NCBI GenBank assembly: GCA_964270895.1
Contig: OZ185439.1
Source of the DNA: Podarcis filfolensis
Lineage: Eukaryota
Reading direction: 5' to 3' (one strand)
Length of the DNA: 64,000 bases
The notes under the pieces were generated by a model, which had not been told where the DNA came from, searched no databases, and worked only from the letters and a program-made list of their open reading frames with translations. Shown here one piece after another: positions 1 to 12,451 of this stretch (its first letter is position 1; the number at the start of each line of letters is the position of its first letter). The translations under genes and the position numbers were made by a program.

Positions 1-2138
1 ACATCCTTTCTCAGTGACTAAATATAAACATATGCATATTAGAAAACCTGCTTTGAGCTAAATTAGGTTTTATAGTTTGGGGAAGAGTGTTCAAATTTAG
101 AGCTAAGCATTCCGAAGGACTTGTTCTCCACATTTTATTTTTTATTTGAGTTTTCCTGCATTAGTTAAGAAGTTGTGTGGGCAGATTCTCTTTCACTGTA
201 TTTTCCATTGCTAAGTAACAGTTATAATGGTCTCCCACATTTAGCTAGATTTTTCTTTGCGTCAGATGGCATGAGAAAAACTCAGCAGCACCAGGAAGAA
301 AGACTTGGTTGCTTATTGCATAATGCAAAGAATTTGATAAGTACCTCCACCTTTCAAGGGGGAAAGTCCATGGCCTTTAGTTGAGAGCAAACTATTAAAC
401 TGTTAAAATAATTTGTATGGCCCAACCATTTAGATGCACAGGTGACAAGTAAACAGTTTTCAAGCACCGTGTTCAAAACACAGGGAAATGCAACCAGGGG
501 AAGCTGTACATTTAATTACTGGTAAAAACCCCACCCCCAGCACTGCTTCCTAATGCCCCCCACTTTCCTTATCCCCAAGTAGGAAAGCAGCTGGTAGAAG
601 TGATTGGTTTTTTATGGCTTACTGGGAAAGGATCAAGTACACCTTATGCCACTGTTCTGATAAATTGTGCACCTTTTATTGCATTTTGATGATAGATATA
701 GACAGACAGTTTGGTGCTTAATGGTTGCAGTGCTATACACCAGGGATTTGGAAAGTGGCTCTTTATATACCTTTGGGCTACAGCTCCCATCATCTCTGAC
801 CATTGGCCAATGTAGGTGGGGCAATGTAGGAACTCCCACAACACCTGGAGTTCTCCATTCCAGGACGTTAGTCTTTTTGAGCTCAGTGAGGCTGACTTCT
901 GAGTAGGATTGCATAGCTTGGTAAAATGTACGTGTCAATTAGATTTCACCACCAATATCAAAATTAGTAATTTTTTTTGCATTATGAAATGATATATAAA
1001 TTCTATGCAAATCTACATTATAATCCAACTTTCACTGATTGGTAAAAAAATGTAATAACTTATTATTTAATTAATCATATTCTGTCTGTATTGACCCCTT
1101 CAAGATGTTTCAGCTCTTTCTGTGCCCTGCATTAGTAGGTCAAATTCCTCTTGGAAAGCTGAATTTAACTTCCTTTCTGGACATGAAATTGATGAGCAAA
1201 GGATAAAAAGCAGCCCTCATAAACTGGTAGTAGTAGTAGTTCATTTGCTGTCTTTTGATTGGGTGAGGAAAATAAGCTGAGACTCAGCTGACATGTGGGA
1301 CGATTAGTCCTCTCCCCTGTAGAGAAGGTTACTGCAGGACATTAACCTATTCCATTTATTGGGCAGCTCTTGGGGAGAGAGAGAGAAGGAAACCTGCTAA
1401 TGCCTTTAGATTATCAAAGTACCAGCAATGGCTGATCTAAAATACAATATTTAGAAAATAGTTTGGGAGTGTACTCTTTTCAGAATAGTTACACACGTCT
1501 TTGGGCAGATAGCAGAGTTTGTTTAATTTGGAAAAGTATTATCTCTTCTAATGAAATGCTGTTATTAAAATGTATTTTCAGGCCCCCTATGGCAAATAAA
1601 TAAATCAGTGAATGATAAAGTTACCTAACATACCTTTAGTGTGTCATGGCCCCATATTCTTTTTTTCCTTATTTACTTATTATTAGAGTTTGGATGCTTG
1701 CCAGTTGACTGGTCAAATAATGTCAATTGACTGGTCAATTCATTGAGGTCAGATATTCCCTGACAGCTATGATGCTGTTGACATTTGAAGAATTGGCCTG
1801 CTGTCACAACTTAGCATAACTACATTTCAGAATCTATTTTTTAATAGTTGAAATGACTTTGATTTTTTGTTCGTTTTAAACTTGTAACTTCAGGCTGACC
1901 CTGTCAAAGATAGAAACTATCTGGGAAATTGTTCACTCACGTAATACAGATAAAAGTTTTAATAATTTGTTTTTTGAAAGGTTATAGCTTGTGCTCTGAA
2001 CTCATGCTGAGTTTCAAAGGCACACCGTGGTCAAGACCCCATGGCACATCCTGATCACAATTTTTTTGTTTTGTGACCCCTGACATCTGTTTTAACCAGT
2101 TTGGTTTCCACAATTACATGCAGTAATGTATCTTTCAG

Positions 2139-2371
2139 CTGAAGCTTGTGCAGATGTTCTGGGTCTAGCCAGAGAAGCAAGAAAGCGAAATCTTGGCCCT
2201 CTTCATCCTTCCTTTAACGTGATGAAGATTATAAGGGATGGACTTTGCAAAAATCTTCCTGAAAACACTCATCAGTTGATATCAGGGAAACTTTCCATTT
2301 CACTTACCAGAGTGTCTGATGGCAAAAATGTGATGGTATCCAACTTTAATTCCAAAGAAGAAGTCATACAG
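2139..2371 (+). CDS. PNPLA3: Patatin-like phospholipase (adiponutrin) coding exon 2; exon 1 not in window
   Basis: tttcag acceptor and gtatat donor; 233 nt; encodes [35 protein letters not shown]...[23 protein letters not shown], typical of PNPLA2/3; directly upstream of SAMM50 as in mammals. Confidence 0.93.
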
Positions 2372-2559
2372 GTATATTCTCATTTTAACCATGTTAATAA
2401 TGTTCAGAATATTTCACATTTGTCTCAACCTTATTTTTAATTTGTTTCCTCGTGTTCCTTTTTAGAACATTTGAAAATGGCTGTGTTAGAGCTTTACTTT
2501 GGGGAAATGTTCCTATTAGAAATGCAGTATGCAACTAACCTTTCTTTTCTTTTTGACAG

Positions 2560-2625
2560 GCTTTGCTTTGTAGTTCATTTGTGCCTATATATTGTGGCCT
2601 CATCCCACCTTCGTTTAGAGGGGTG
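2560..2625 (+). CDS. PNPLA3: PNPLA3 coding exon 3
   Basis: gacag/gtaagt; 66 nt; ALLCSSFVPIYCGLIPPSFRGV. Confidence 0.95.
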
Positions 2626-2978
2626 GTAAGTACCTGATCATTCTTCCATACTATAAACCAGCATGAGAAGGCTGGTGATGATGATAGAAAAGGTGGGAAG
2701 ATGTAAATCTTGCCATTCTGATGTCTGCTTTGCTGTGTGTCCTTCATATACATGGCAAAAACATAGTTCCAGGACAGCTTCATGTGAGAGATAAGAGACT
2801 GAAATGCTGTCTTTACAAAATAAGCATTACAATGTAATGTAACAGTTGTTTTAAGGAAACTAGATATTAATTCTTTAAAAATAAAATCTATTTGGGGCTT
2901 TTGTTTTTATTCTTCTTGTGCATCAATTTGAAGATGGAAGAACTAAGGAAATAGGATGCCTCTATTGGCACACAAAGA

Positions 2979-3331
2979 GGGATGCGGGTGGCGCTGTGGG
3001 TTAAACCACAGAGCCTAGGGCTTGCCGATCAGAAGGTCGGTGGTTCGAATCCCCACAACGGGGTGAGCTCCCGTTGCTCGGTCCCAGCTCCTGTCAACCT
3101 AGCAGTTCGAAAGCACGTCAAAGTGCAAGTAGATAAATAGGTACCACTCCAGCGGGAAGGTAAACGGCATTTCCGTGTGCTGCTCTGGTTCGCCAGAAGC
3201 GGCTTAGTCATCCTGGCCACATGACCCGGAAGCTGTATTCCGGCTCCCTCGGCCAATAAAGCGAGATGAGCACCGCAACCCCAGAGTCGGCCACAACTGG
3301 ACCTAATGGTCAGGGGTCCCTTTACCTTTAC
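2979..3331 (+). mobile_element. Sauria-type SINE, full length
   Basis: tRNA-like A box and B box (ggttcgaatcc 3042-3052), (acctt)n tail, 16-bp TSD ctattggcacacaaag (2962-2977 / 3332-3347). Confidence 0.93.
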
Positions 3332-6055
3332 CTATTGGCACACAAAGTATGTAGGGTGCCACATTGCATGATATTGTATGAAGCAGAAGGGTGTGCCTCC
3401 TGCCTGGCCATGTTGTCCTATTATTAGGAATCTGTGAACCATCCTTGGAAGTTCATTGTATGCAAATCTCTTTATTTGTGTACTCCATGGAGCACACATA
3501 TCTGTACATGAATATGTTACATGGTACATATGCACATAGATTTAGCAATACAGACACACAGTAGTTTGTATCTGGGCTTGGGCTTGTATGTGTTGGTTGA
3601 GAACTGTCTTGCAGAGTACCAGAAGAAGCGATCTTAAATTGAGAAGCTAATTGTTATCCTCTTAATTGTTTTAAGGTCCTTTCTTAAGCAGTGTATTTCA
3701 AGGCCTTACGTAGAACTTGAGGAATCCTATTAAAGGCTGCCTGCATCTTAGTTGAAAGGAAACATGGAGATGTTGATCTTTGCTAGTGTGGTTTTGCCCT
3801 CCTACTTTAGTAATAAGAAAAGAAAAATGATTCAGGTCAAGTATGTGCACATTCCAGATGTTTAAAAAATAGTGCTGATATTCGTGTGAAAGCTTCATGT
3901 GACATTTTTTTTTACTTCAAAATCAAAACTGCAAAGAATAACAGTCTGTGATTTAGTGATAATTTTTTTGAAAAGCCTGCTGATCTAGATTTTTTACAAG
4001 TCTTATATTCATCCATTTTTACTCTTTAAAAGCTGAAATCGTATATGAGGTGCAAAGTAGCATATTAGACTAAATCCATGGTTCAGGTTAATCTGGTTGC
4101 TTTGCCCTCGTGGCTGGACAATTATGTTACCTAAAGGGATTTAGTTGGGTGACAAACATGAGACATGCCTGCAGGCCTACTTAATTTTATGAATTGGCTT
4201 TGCCACTCAGTATTGGCATAGAAACAAAACTATAGGAGGAAGTGTGCAGATCGTGCAGAAGCCTGCAGTTCTCACACGCAATCCTGACATCTCCTTTTTG
4301 GGATCTGTTGACGTAGAGGCCTGGACACTCTAGAATTTGGCGCCCTGAGAGTTAACAAGGACAACAAAGATAGATCTAAAGTAAATTATATTGTATCAAA
4401 AGGAGAATTAGTAAATATGATAATCAGTAAACAACACGCTAACAGTAGGCTAGGTTTGCAAGAGTTTTACATGAATAAAAGAGATTGAGCAGGAAAAGAG
4501 TGTGAGAGGAGACTGTTGCCTGGATGAGGGAAGAGATTGGCTGAAAGGGTGAAGGTGGTACCAGATGGAAATTGGTGCTGCCTTGCTCTAGAGAGAGAAG
4601 GGGAGGTGGCAAGAGAAGAAGAGGTAGCTTGGAGGGGTTTGCGGAGCTTCAGGAAAGTTCTTTAGGTAAGAATCTGAAGAATCAGGTGGGATACTTTTGG
4701 GTGGCAATGGGTCGCGAGGGAAGGAGAATATGAGGTTGTTGGTATGAGACGGCCAATGAAGGAGAAAAGGGCATAGCAAGAGGAAGAAAGAGCAGGTCTG
4801 GCTAGGAAACAGGGACCGATTGGGCTGGAAAGAGGGGGGAAGTAAGAATTTGGCCAGCTGGCTAACCTGTTAGGGAAGAGAGAAGGGGGGAGGTTCTGAG
4901 AGGCTGGGGTTTGCTATAGTGAAGGTGAAGGGGCCTCTTCAGCAACAGAAAGGGAATAGAGACAGGAAAGGAGAAGGGACAGGTAGAGTCCACGGGAACC
5001 TTCCTGTGCAGTGACGTAAGGTATCTTTGAAACCTGAAAGATTCGTACCTCTTAAGGTGAAAAGCATCACCCTTTATGCTCAAGCTGGACTTAAAAATAA
5101 AAACAAGGACTGCAAATCCTGTCTTCCTGGCTATGACCAGAGGTTAAAGTTTTTAAGTGGCACCAGTCAGGAAGAAATTGTCCTAATTGTCTGATGGCTT
5201 CTAAAATGCATTTTCATTGTGCTTTCCAAGTGAGATAGGGAAAGGAGTTTAGCACATCTTTTGAGATCTTTGGCTTATTGAAATGACTTGATAAGTAATT
5301 GTGGGGAGGGGGAGGATGTGACATTTGGGGTTATCATACAGTCATTTAACAATTCTAGGAGTTTGATGTTGTTTTATTTAACTTTATAATTACAAATGAT
5401 AAAGGAGGGTGGCAGATAATTTACAGGAAAGGAGACAGCAGAGGTGTTTCCTCTCAGCTTGCTTGAAATGTGGTCTGCCTGAGTTGCTGTAATGACTGTA
5501 ATGGAGGCTCTCTCCAGGCCGCTCCTAGCCAAAACCTAACAGCTTCCTTGGGTATAGGCAACCTTAGCAAAAGCTGGATTTTTAAGGCTGATTTGTATCA
5601 AGAGTATGCCCTTTGCTCAAACTAGGGTGAACATTGGAACCTTGGTTGGGGAAGGGGCAGGGTGAGAAGGATGTGAGCCCTATGAAACACAAAAGAGAGT
5701 TGTATATTTCCTTACCTAATGTTTTCACCAGGGCTGAATTTAGCCTCTAAGTATGGTGCATGCCAAAAGAGAGCCCATAATGTTGCAGAAGCTAAGCTGC
5801 TGGGCAGCATATAATCTGGGATGTGCACCTGCACATTTTCAGACATTACTTGCAATCTTGAGGTGCACAAAGCTCTGTTGCTGTTTTGAGCAATGGCCTG
5901 TGCTGGGTCAGTACCTGCTCACATATAATACTACCACTGAAAGGTGTGGCAAGTGGAAATATTAGGCTTCCTTTCTGAAGTTGCAGAGCAAGTCAGCTAA
6001 ATTTTGCTTTAAGCAAATAGATTCCTTATCTTTCTTTCTTCTTCCCTTCCCAAAG

Positions 6056-6265
6056 CGCTACGTCGATGGTGGAATAAGTGACAACTTACCTCAGTATGAC
6101 TCAAAAAACACCATCACAATTTCACCTTTTGCTGGGGAGTGTGACATTTGTCCCAAGGGCAACTCTGCAAACTTCCATGAAATGAACTTCACCAACACCA
6201 GCATTCAGTTTAGCCTAGGGAACATCTACCGTTTAACTCAAGCACTTTTTCCTCCAGAACCCAAG
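6056..6265 (+). CDS. PNPLA3: PNPLA3 coding exon 4 (catalytic DGG motif)
   Basis: caaag/gtatgt; 210 nt; [34 protein letters not shown]...LFPPEPK. Confidence 0.95.
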
Positions 6266-6315
6266 GTATGTATATTCACTATTTTCTCTTACCCAATTGC
6301 TAGTTTGTTGGCATG

Positions 6316-6425
6316 TATGTTCCTACCATGGATGCTAGACAAATGCTAGACAGATATGTTCCTACCATGGAATGCTAGACAAATGCTAGACAGATATGTT
6401 CCTACCATGGATTGCTAGACAGATG
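6316..6425. repeat. Minisatellite, 39-40-bp unit x ~2.7
   Basis: tatgttcctaccatgga(a)tgctagacaaatgctagacaga repeated. Confidence 0.95.
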
Positions 6426-6882
6426 CACCCCTCCAAAGGTATAGTTGTGTTTAAATTTCTAATTTTTTGTATATATATAAATTTATAGCCCACCTTTCCT
6501 CCTAGAAGCTCATGGTGGCATACATGGTTTTCCCACTCCACATTTAATCTAGATATTAGAGGATGACCATGCGCTACTTGAGTGCATCTTAGGGGCACTT
6601 TTAGTAAATTCATTGAGAGCAGTTCCTACTAGCAAGGAACAATGTAAAATGGTGGTAACCCTCCTCAGTTTGCAATATTGGGGTGGGAGTTGAGCAATGA
6701 TTGGGGCAGCTTTGGTGCAGTTAAGGTTTGAGGAAGGAGGTGTGCAATGCTCTACGGTAGTGTAGAATTGTTTTCTTTCATTATGACAAAGTGCTTACTG
6801 AGCCTTTTGGTAATGTGTCAACAGAGTATTAACTGGCATGAGATGCCTTTCTGTATGTTGCTCTTTGGGAATTTTCAATATT

Positions 6883-7247
6883 CTCTATTTTTCTGTGAAC
6901 AAGATGATGCCTCCCCGCCCCCCAAAAAATTAGTCAAAAATTGGGGTTTGCCTTATACACAGATTTATATGGTAAGTCTTGAGTGAGCTGGTGGCTCATG
7001 ACAGCTCCTGAGTCACAGAGTGCTGGCCTCAGAGCTGGCTGGAGAGGTGAGGCAGTGCCCAGGCAAGGAGGGAGCATGGCCACAGTGTGAGGCGAAGTCA
7101 GGCGCAGGCTGGAGAAAAAGCTCAAGAGCTTTTTAGCCGATTTCCCACAAAACCTGAACAACTGTAAATACTGATTTCTTTATTTTGGGCTCCCAAAAGT
7201 AGGGGTTGTCTTATACATGGGGTTGTGCTATACACGGAAAAATACGG
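6883..7247. mobile_element. Tc2-like (TcMar) MITE, left end degraded
   Basis: Right TIR cacggaaaaatacgg plus TA; degenerate left TIR ctatttttctgtgaa. Confidence 0.65.
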
Positions 7248-7289
7248 TACTTCCTCCTGTTTACTAGTTTTTTGTAACCTTATTTTCAG

Positions 7290-7350
7290 GTGCTAGGAGA
7301 GATCTGTGAACAAGGCTATTCGGATGCTCTTAGATTTTTGAAAGAAAATG
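7290..7350 (+). CDS. PNPLA3: PNPLA3 coding exon 5
   Basis: tttcag/gtacgt; 61 nt; VLGEICEQGYSDALRFLKEN. Confidence 0.93.
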
Positions 7351-7454
7351 GTACGTCACTGTGATTTCAAATATATAATATGGTGAACAGAATGTCAGTC
7401 ACAATGTCATGACAGGTCTGCGCATTTTTGTATACGGACAAAAGATGCTGACTA

Positions 7455-7600
7455 TGGTTGCTCATATCTTTGTAACATCGAGTTCAGATTGCACACTCTG
7501 TGTTGGACTGTTTTCGAACAACGTTCAGAAACTTCAGCTAGTTCAAAATACAGCTGCTAATATCAGCTGGAACCCAGCATATATAGATTCCACATTGTAG
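7455..7600 (+). mobile_element. Degraded L2 fragment
   Basis: LCVGLFSNNVQKLQLVQNTAA resembles L2 YVGLP..LQLVQNAAAR. Confidence 0.6.
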
Positions 7601-9133
7601 ATGTATAGGATCATCTTCATTGACTCCCAAACTGTCCCTGAACCCAGTTCAAACTGATTATATTCTTCTACTTATTTATTAAATTTATATACTGCCTTTC
7701 ATCCATAGAGCTCAGAGCGGGTCACAGCATAAATATTTTCTCCTAAGCAGTTGGAGACTTGGATATTGGAAGGAGTCTGCCTTCCCATGTGATCCTACCT
7801 ATGAACGTAGCTTATTATCTGTGTTCACATGCTGCAGAAAGTGTGGTCCAGGGAAAATTCAGCAATGACTATATAGCATCTGAGGCAGTACAATTGTGGC
7901 TTCAACTCTACTTGTATAATAAAAGTTTGTGCCATGCAACGCGGACAGTGTTTTCTTTCAGAAGTGGGTGATGCTAGACTTGCCAGAGTCTTATCATTCT
8001 ATCTGCTTAGTATCATGTTTTCTCGATACATGATGCAGCTGCGGGTATCATGAGCCATTTTCCCCTCAAGGACTTGGAATACTAAGGTGACTTTTGGTTT
8101 ATATAACTGTGGCCATACACTTTGGGAAATGGGATAAATCTTCGTTAGAGAGCTGAGCTTGGATTTAAGTTTCTTAACTTCATTTCAGTGGGTCTACTCT
8201 AAGTGCAATGGCCTGAGCCTACTTAATTTCACAGAAATTACATTGACTTCTACAATTACAGGCAACCTTGTGGTTTGTTCTTGAGATCCAGTATTTTTTT
8301 CCTGAACACACATGGCTTAGACATTCCAACTCTTACCAAAAAGATCCAGGAGCAGCTGTAGTTTTAAAGCCCACTCAGCAACCTGGGGTCTACACTGGTA
8401 GAAATTATTGTCCTCTTGTAACACTCTTTTAAACCAGTCTTAGTAAAGAATGCCAGCATGGTAAAGTTTATGGCATGGTTCAGTGTTAAAGCCACCCCAT
8501 TGTATGTTTGGCCACGCAGAACAGACTTCTGGCCCAGTGTGCCCCCCGTCACTCATGTTCTAATTCATTCCATTCCAGATTTGTGCAAACAATAGGTTGT
8601 CTCACAAATGGAATTGGAACTCAGTTGCAGTCTGTGGTTTGTGCCATAATTTGTCTGGTGTGGATGTCATGGTTAACTATAGTTTGAGTGAGGGAATCGG
8701 AATGTTTAAGGTGAAGACTGTTCATGATAGCCAAACTATAGTTTGGTTTTTAGATTTGAAACAGGCATTTGGGGTGGGGCACAAGGAATGCAGTTTTTCC
8801 TTTGAAAATGGGCTTTGCCTGGCTAGTTTGGAGGTACAGAGGCAATGTGCCAATTCTCTACTGTTTGTCAGGGATAGGATTCCACTTATAAGAGATTTCT
8901 AGGCTGACAATGCTCATTTTCATCAGTTTTTCTACTCTTGTGTTGCCCACTTCAGACAATATATGACCTTCTTTCTTCAAGATTTGAAAGTTTATACTAG
9001 AAGACTTTTCAACTTAGGAGTAGTGCAGTTTTTATGCCCTCTTCCAACTTTGTTTTGCAATATGGTGCCTGTCATGCTCTTGAATACAAAAAGACCATCA
9101 CACCAGAAGCTGTTTTTATTCTGTCTTCCTCAG

Positions 9134-9352
9134 GTATACTGTATGATTCAGTTTTAGTTGACTTGGCCTTAACAAAGGAAAACCATCAGGAATGTGTTCA
9201 GACCCCAGATTATGCTGATAAAAAAACAGTTGCAGCAAATGAAGCAAAAAAAGAGATGCAAGATGAAGAAATGCTTATTGATCAGCTGCAATTAGCTGCC
9301 TGGCCATTGGATGGAACCATTTTTGAGAATCTACCTCCTAGACTCCGTAAAG
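9134..9352 (+). CDS. PNPLA3: PNPLA3 coding exon 6
   Basis: cctcag/gtagag; 219 nt, phase 1-1; GILYDSVLVDL...WPLDGTIFENLPPRLRK. Confidence 0.85.
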
Positions 9353-11120
9353 GTAGAGATTTAAAGTAACCTCATTTTTATTGTAAAACTAAGTTTCATT
9401 AAATTACTCCAGTAATTGGTAATGATACTGTCAATGCATACAACATTGGGTATAGTCCTGCCAGAATTCAGCACTTGTAAATCCAACGTGATTTCAGTGG
9501 GAGAACATTTAGCACATTCTTAAATTTCTCCCATTGAAATCCATGGTACTTTAAAGTGTTTGACTTGGGCTGGATCATGACCAGTGCTTTTAACTGCATC
9601 TGTAGTGCCTTGTTTCTGTAACATAGTGAATTGTATTAACTCTGGCCAGTTATTATATACTATGATAAAAGTTTGTTTTTCAGTTTATTTTTGCTAATCA
9701 TCTTTACATACTTTAATCTTATGCATAAAATAACTGAGAAACCTACTGTTGCTACTTATCAGCGGCATAGCATGGGTTGCTGGTGCCCGGGGTGGGCAAG
9801 CCACTGATGCTGCTAGAGCGTTCCCCCAAACCAGAGCCAAGTGGGGCTGCGTTGTGCCACCTGCCCGGCCGCACAGGGGGAAGCCTGGCTGGCTAATGTG
9901 GCTCTTGGGCAAATCCTCTCGACACCTGCAGAGAAGAGGGCCAGGCCAGGCTGCGCTGGGGTTACCCCTTGCCAGCCTCACTCTGCCTGCACCTGTTCAC
10001 CCTGGGCTGCTCTTCACCAAGCCGGGATCCCTACAGAAGCTGGCCCCTGCATGGGGGTACCTGGTTGCGCCCCTCAGAATTTTGCACCCGGGGCCTCAGC
10101 CCCCCAGCCCCCATGGTACTTATGACTGGACAAATAATAAACATTCAGTACAGAAGTATCTGGAATACTGTGCAAATTGATTTAGTAAAGCAGTTTAACT
10201 AAGAACTTGGGTATATATTTGTGCATCACAGAAGAGTCTTCTTTGGCCACCTTTGAATGAAAGTTATTAATGCTGGATACTAACTAAATCTTGGTGCAGA
10301 CATGGCTTTCTGGATGCACATGGAAAAAGAGTGTACCTATCAGACAAACTATAACAGAGCAAGCGGGGTGAGGAGGAGAAGGAATAAGCCAGGTGGACGA
10401 ATGCCTTTCTCTTCCTTGCTTGGCACTTGTCCCTCACTCAGCTTCCTGTCTTCCATGTTCAGAAGAGTTGGAGTTTTATTCTAAGGCTGTAAGGAAAGAA
10501 AAACAAGTAAATTGCAAGGAGAACTATCCAGTGAATAAGCTGTTGAATAGAAATCTTGGTTGAGTTGTGCTATAAGTGAGCAAGAAAATAAATGTTTTTT
10601 CAAAGCTTTTGAGGGCCAAAATGCATTGCTTTTTCTGAATTAAAATTGTGGAAGAACATATTTTTATAATACAAAAAGAGTTTGAGTGTAAAAGAGTAAA
10701 AAAATCCTGTTCTTGGAGGATCCACCCCTGCCTTTTTTCACAAGTCTGTTCTGATTGAAAGGAAGGAAACTTAGAATAATGATTCACAGAACAGTGACAC
10801 AGTGAGCAGCCACTTCTGATTGTATATCGACTGCATGAGGAATGCTAGGATAATCAGATTGTACATGAAGCAGACTTGGTGGAATTTCCTGTCCCCATTA
10901 GAAGCTGACTGAACATTACTGAAATTTATACCAGCCAGATGGTGATGAACTGGCCCGTATGTGTATAGGAGAGTACTAGGTGCATTTAGTTGAGTTCTGT
11001 CATGAGAAAGCCTGTTGTGGGTTATCTAGCATGATTCCAGGCAATGCTTCATCACTCTTGCAGAATCTAGAAGCCATTATGTTCATGTTCAGTTGAGATT
11101 AATGACTGTATAAATGACAG

Positions 11121-11253
11121 CATTGCAGGAGGCTTGTAAAGAAAAATGTGGACTGTATGCTCAGCTTTCTAAATTTCTACCAATGCGACTGATGTCCTAT
11201 GTGATGCTGCCGTATACTCTGCCAGTTGAGTCAGCATATTTTGTGGCCTTAAG
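11121..11253 (+). CDS. PNPLA3: PNPLA3 coding exon 7
   Basis: gacag/gtgagt; 133 nt; ALQEACKEKCGLYAQLSKFLPMRLMSYVMLPYTLPVESAYFVALR; phases fit both neighbouring exons. Confidence 0.92.
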
Positions 11254-11802
11254 GTGAGTGTTAAGAATGGAAGTCTGCCCTTGTTGTACTAGTGTTTTTA
11301 TATAGCACATTTTCTAAGGGCTCAAAAGCCTTACAATAATTATTTTTTTAAAAAATTCGTATGTATTCCAATTTTCTTATAAAAATTAAATCCTGCTAGA
11401 CAGGAAAGTATTATCCCTGCATTGCACATGGGAAGGAATGAATGAGTGGAATACTGCTGAGAGGTAACAATATATTTAGGTAACTTTTGTAGTCATGGCT
11501 AAAGTTTGATTGAACTGGAACTTCCAGGCTCACAGCTTAATATTATTCTTAAAACGATTAACTGAAAAATAGTAGATATATTTTCTTTTCCATGTGTGCT
11601 TTTTGGATTCAGTTTCATAAACTTGGAATGTGCATGAAGCTTACTTTTAAAACCCTGTATTTTAATTGGTGTGTATCTCCAGATTTAACTGAGAAACTGG
11701 CTGTGTAGGGAACTCTGTTCAAGGAGTTTGCAATGATAAAGGCCCTTTAAAACATAGCAGTAATATTTCCAAACCTGCTGTAGAGAAAAATTAAACACAC
11801 AC

Positions 11803-12107
11803 GCACTGTGGTGTAAACCACTGAGCCTAGGGCTTGCCGATCGGAAAGTCGGCGGTTTGAAACCCCGCGACGGGGTGAGCTCCTGTTGTTCGGTCCCAGC
11901 TCCTGCCAACCTAGCAGTTCAAAAGTATGTCAAAGTGCAAGTAGATAAATAGGTAAAGTGGCTTTAGTCATGCTGGCCACATGACCCGGAAAAACTGTCT
12001 GTGGACAAACGCCGGCTCCCTCGGCCTGTAAAGCGAGATGAGCACCACAACCCCAGAGTCGTCTGTGACTGGACTTAACTGCCAGGGGTCCGTTATCTTT
12101 ACCTTTT
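11803..12107 (+). mobile_element. Sauria-type SINE, 5'-truncated with internal deletion
   Basis: Aligns by eye to the 2979 copy; lacks ~50 bp after agataaataggta. Confidence 0.9.
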
Positions 12108-12334
12108 TATTGTGTTTAATTATAAACCACCCTGAGACCTGTGAGTATTGGGCAGTATATAAATTTAGTCAATAAAGCAAGCAAGCCAAGTTTTAGGTGG
12201 GGCAGATTAGCTGATGTCCATAAGAAGCATTAGTAGAATGGCTCTCCTGCCTCTCTGCCCAAAGTCCTTCACTCCCATATGGCATTTTCTCAAATCAGGG
12301 TTCTGCCTGAAACCCTATTATTTATTCCTTACAG

Positions 12335-12451
12335 ATTAGTAGACTGGTTTCCTGATATCCCTGATGATGTACGATGGATGCAAGGTCAGCTCTGTCAAGT
12401 TGTGGGCACAGTATATTCCAAAGCAAGGAAAAGATTACTGAGTATTCCCAG
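12335..12451 (+). CDS. PNPLA3: PNPLA3 coding exon 8
   Basis: ttacag/gtatat; 117 nt; LVDWFPDIPDDVRWMQGQLCQVVGTVYSKARKRLLSIP. Confidence 0.92.

Noticed and set aside
1-2138. PNPLA3 exon 1 (GxSxG nucleophile exon)
   Set aside because: No GCGFLG or GASAG-encoding exon or CpG island found; it must lie upstream of the window.
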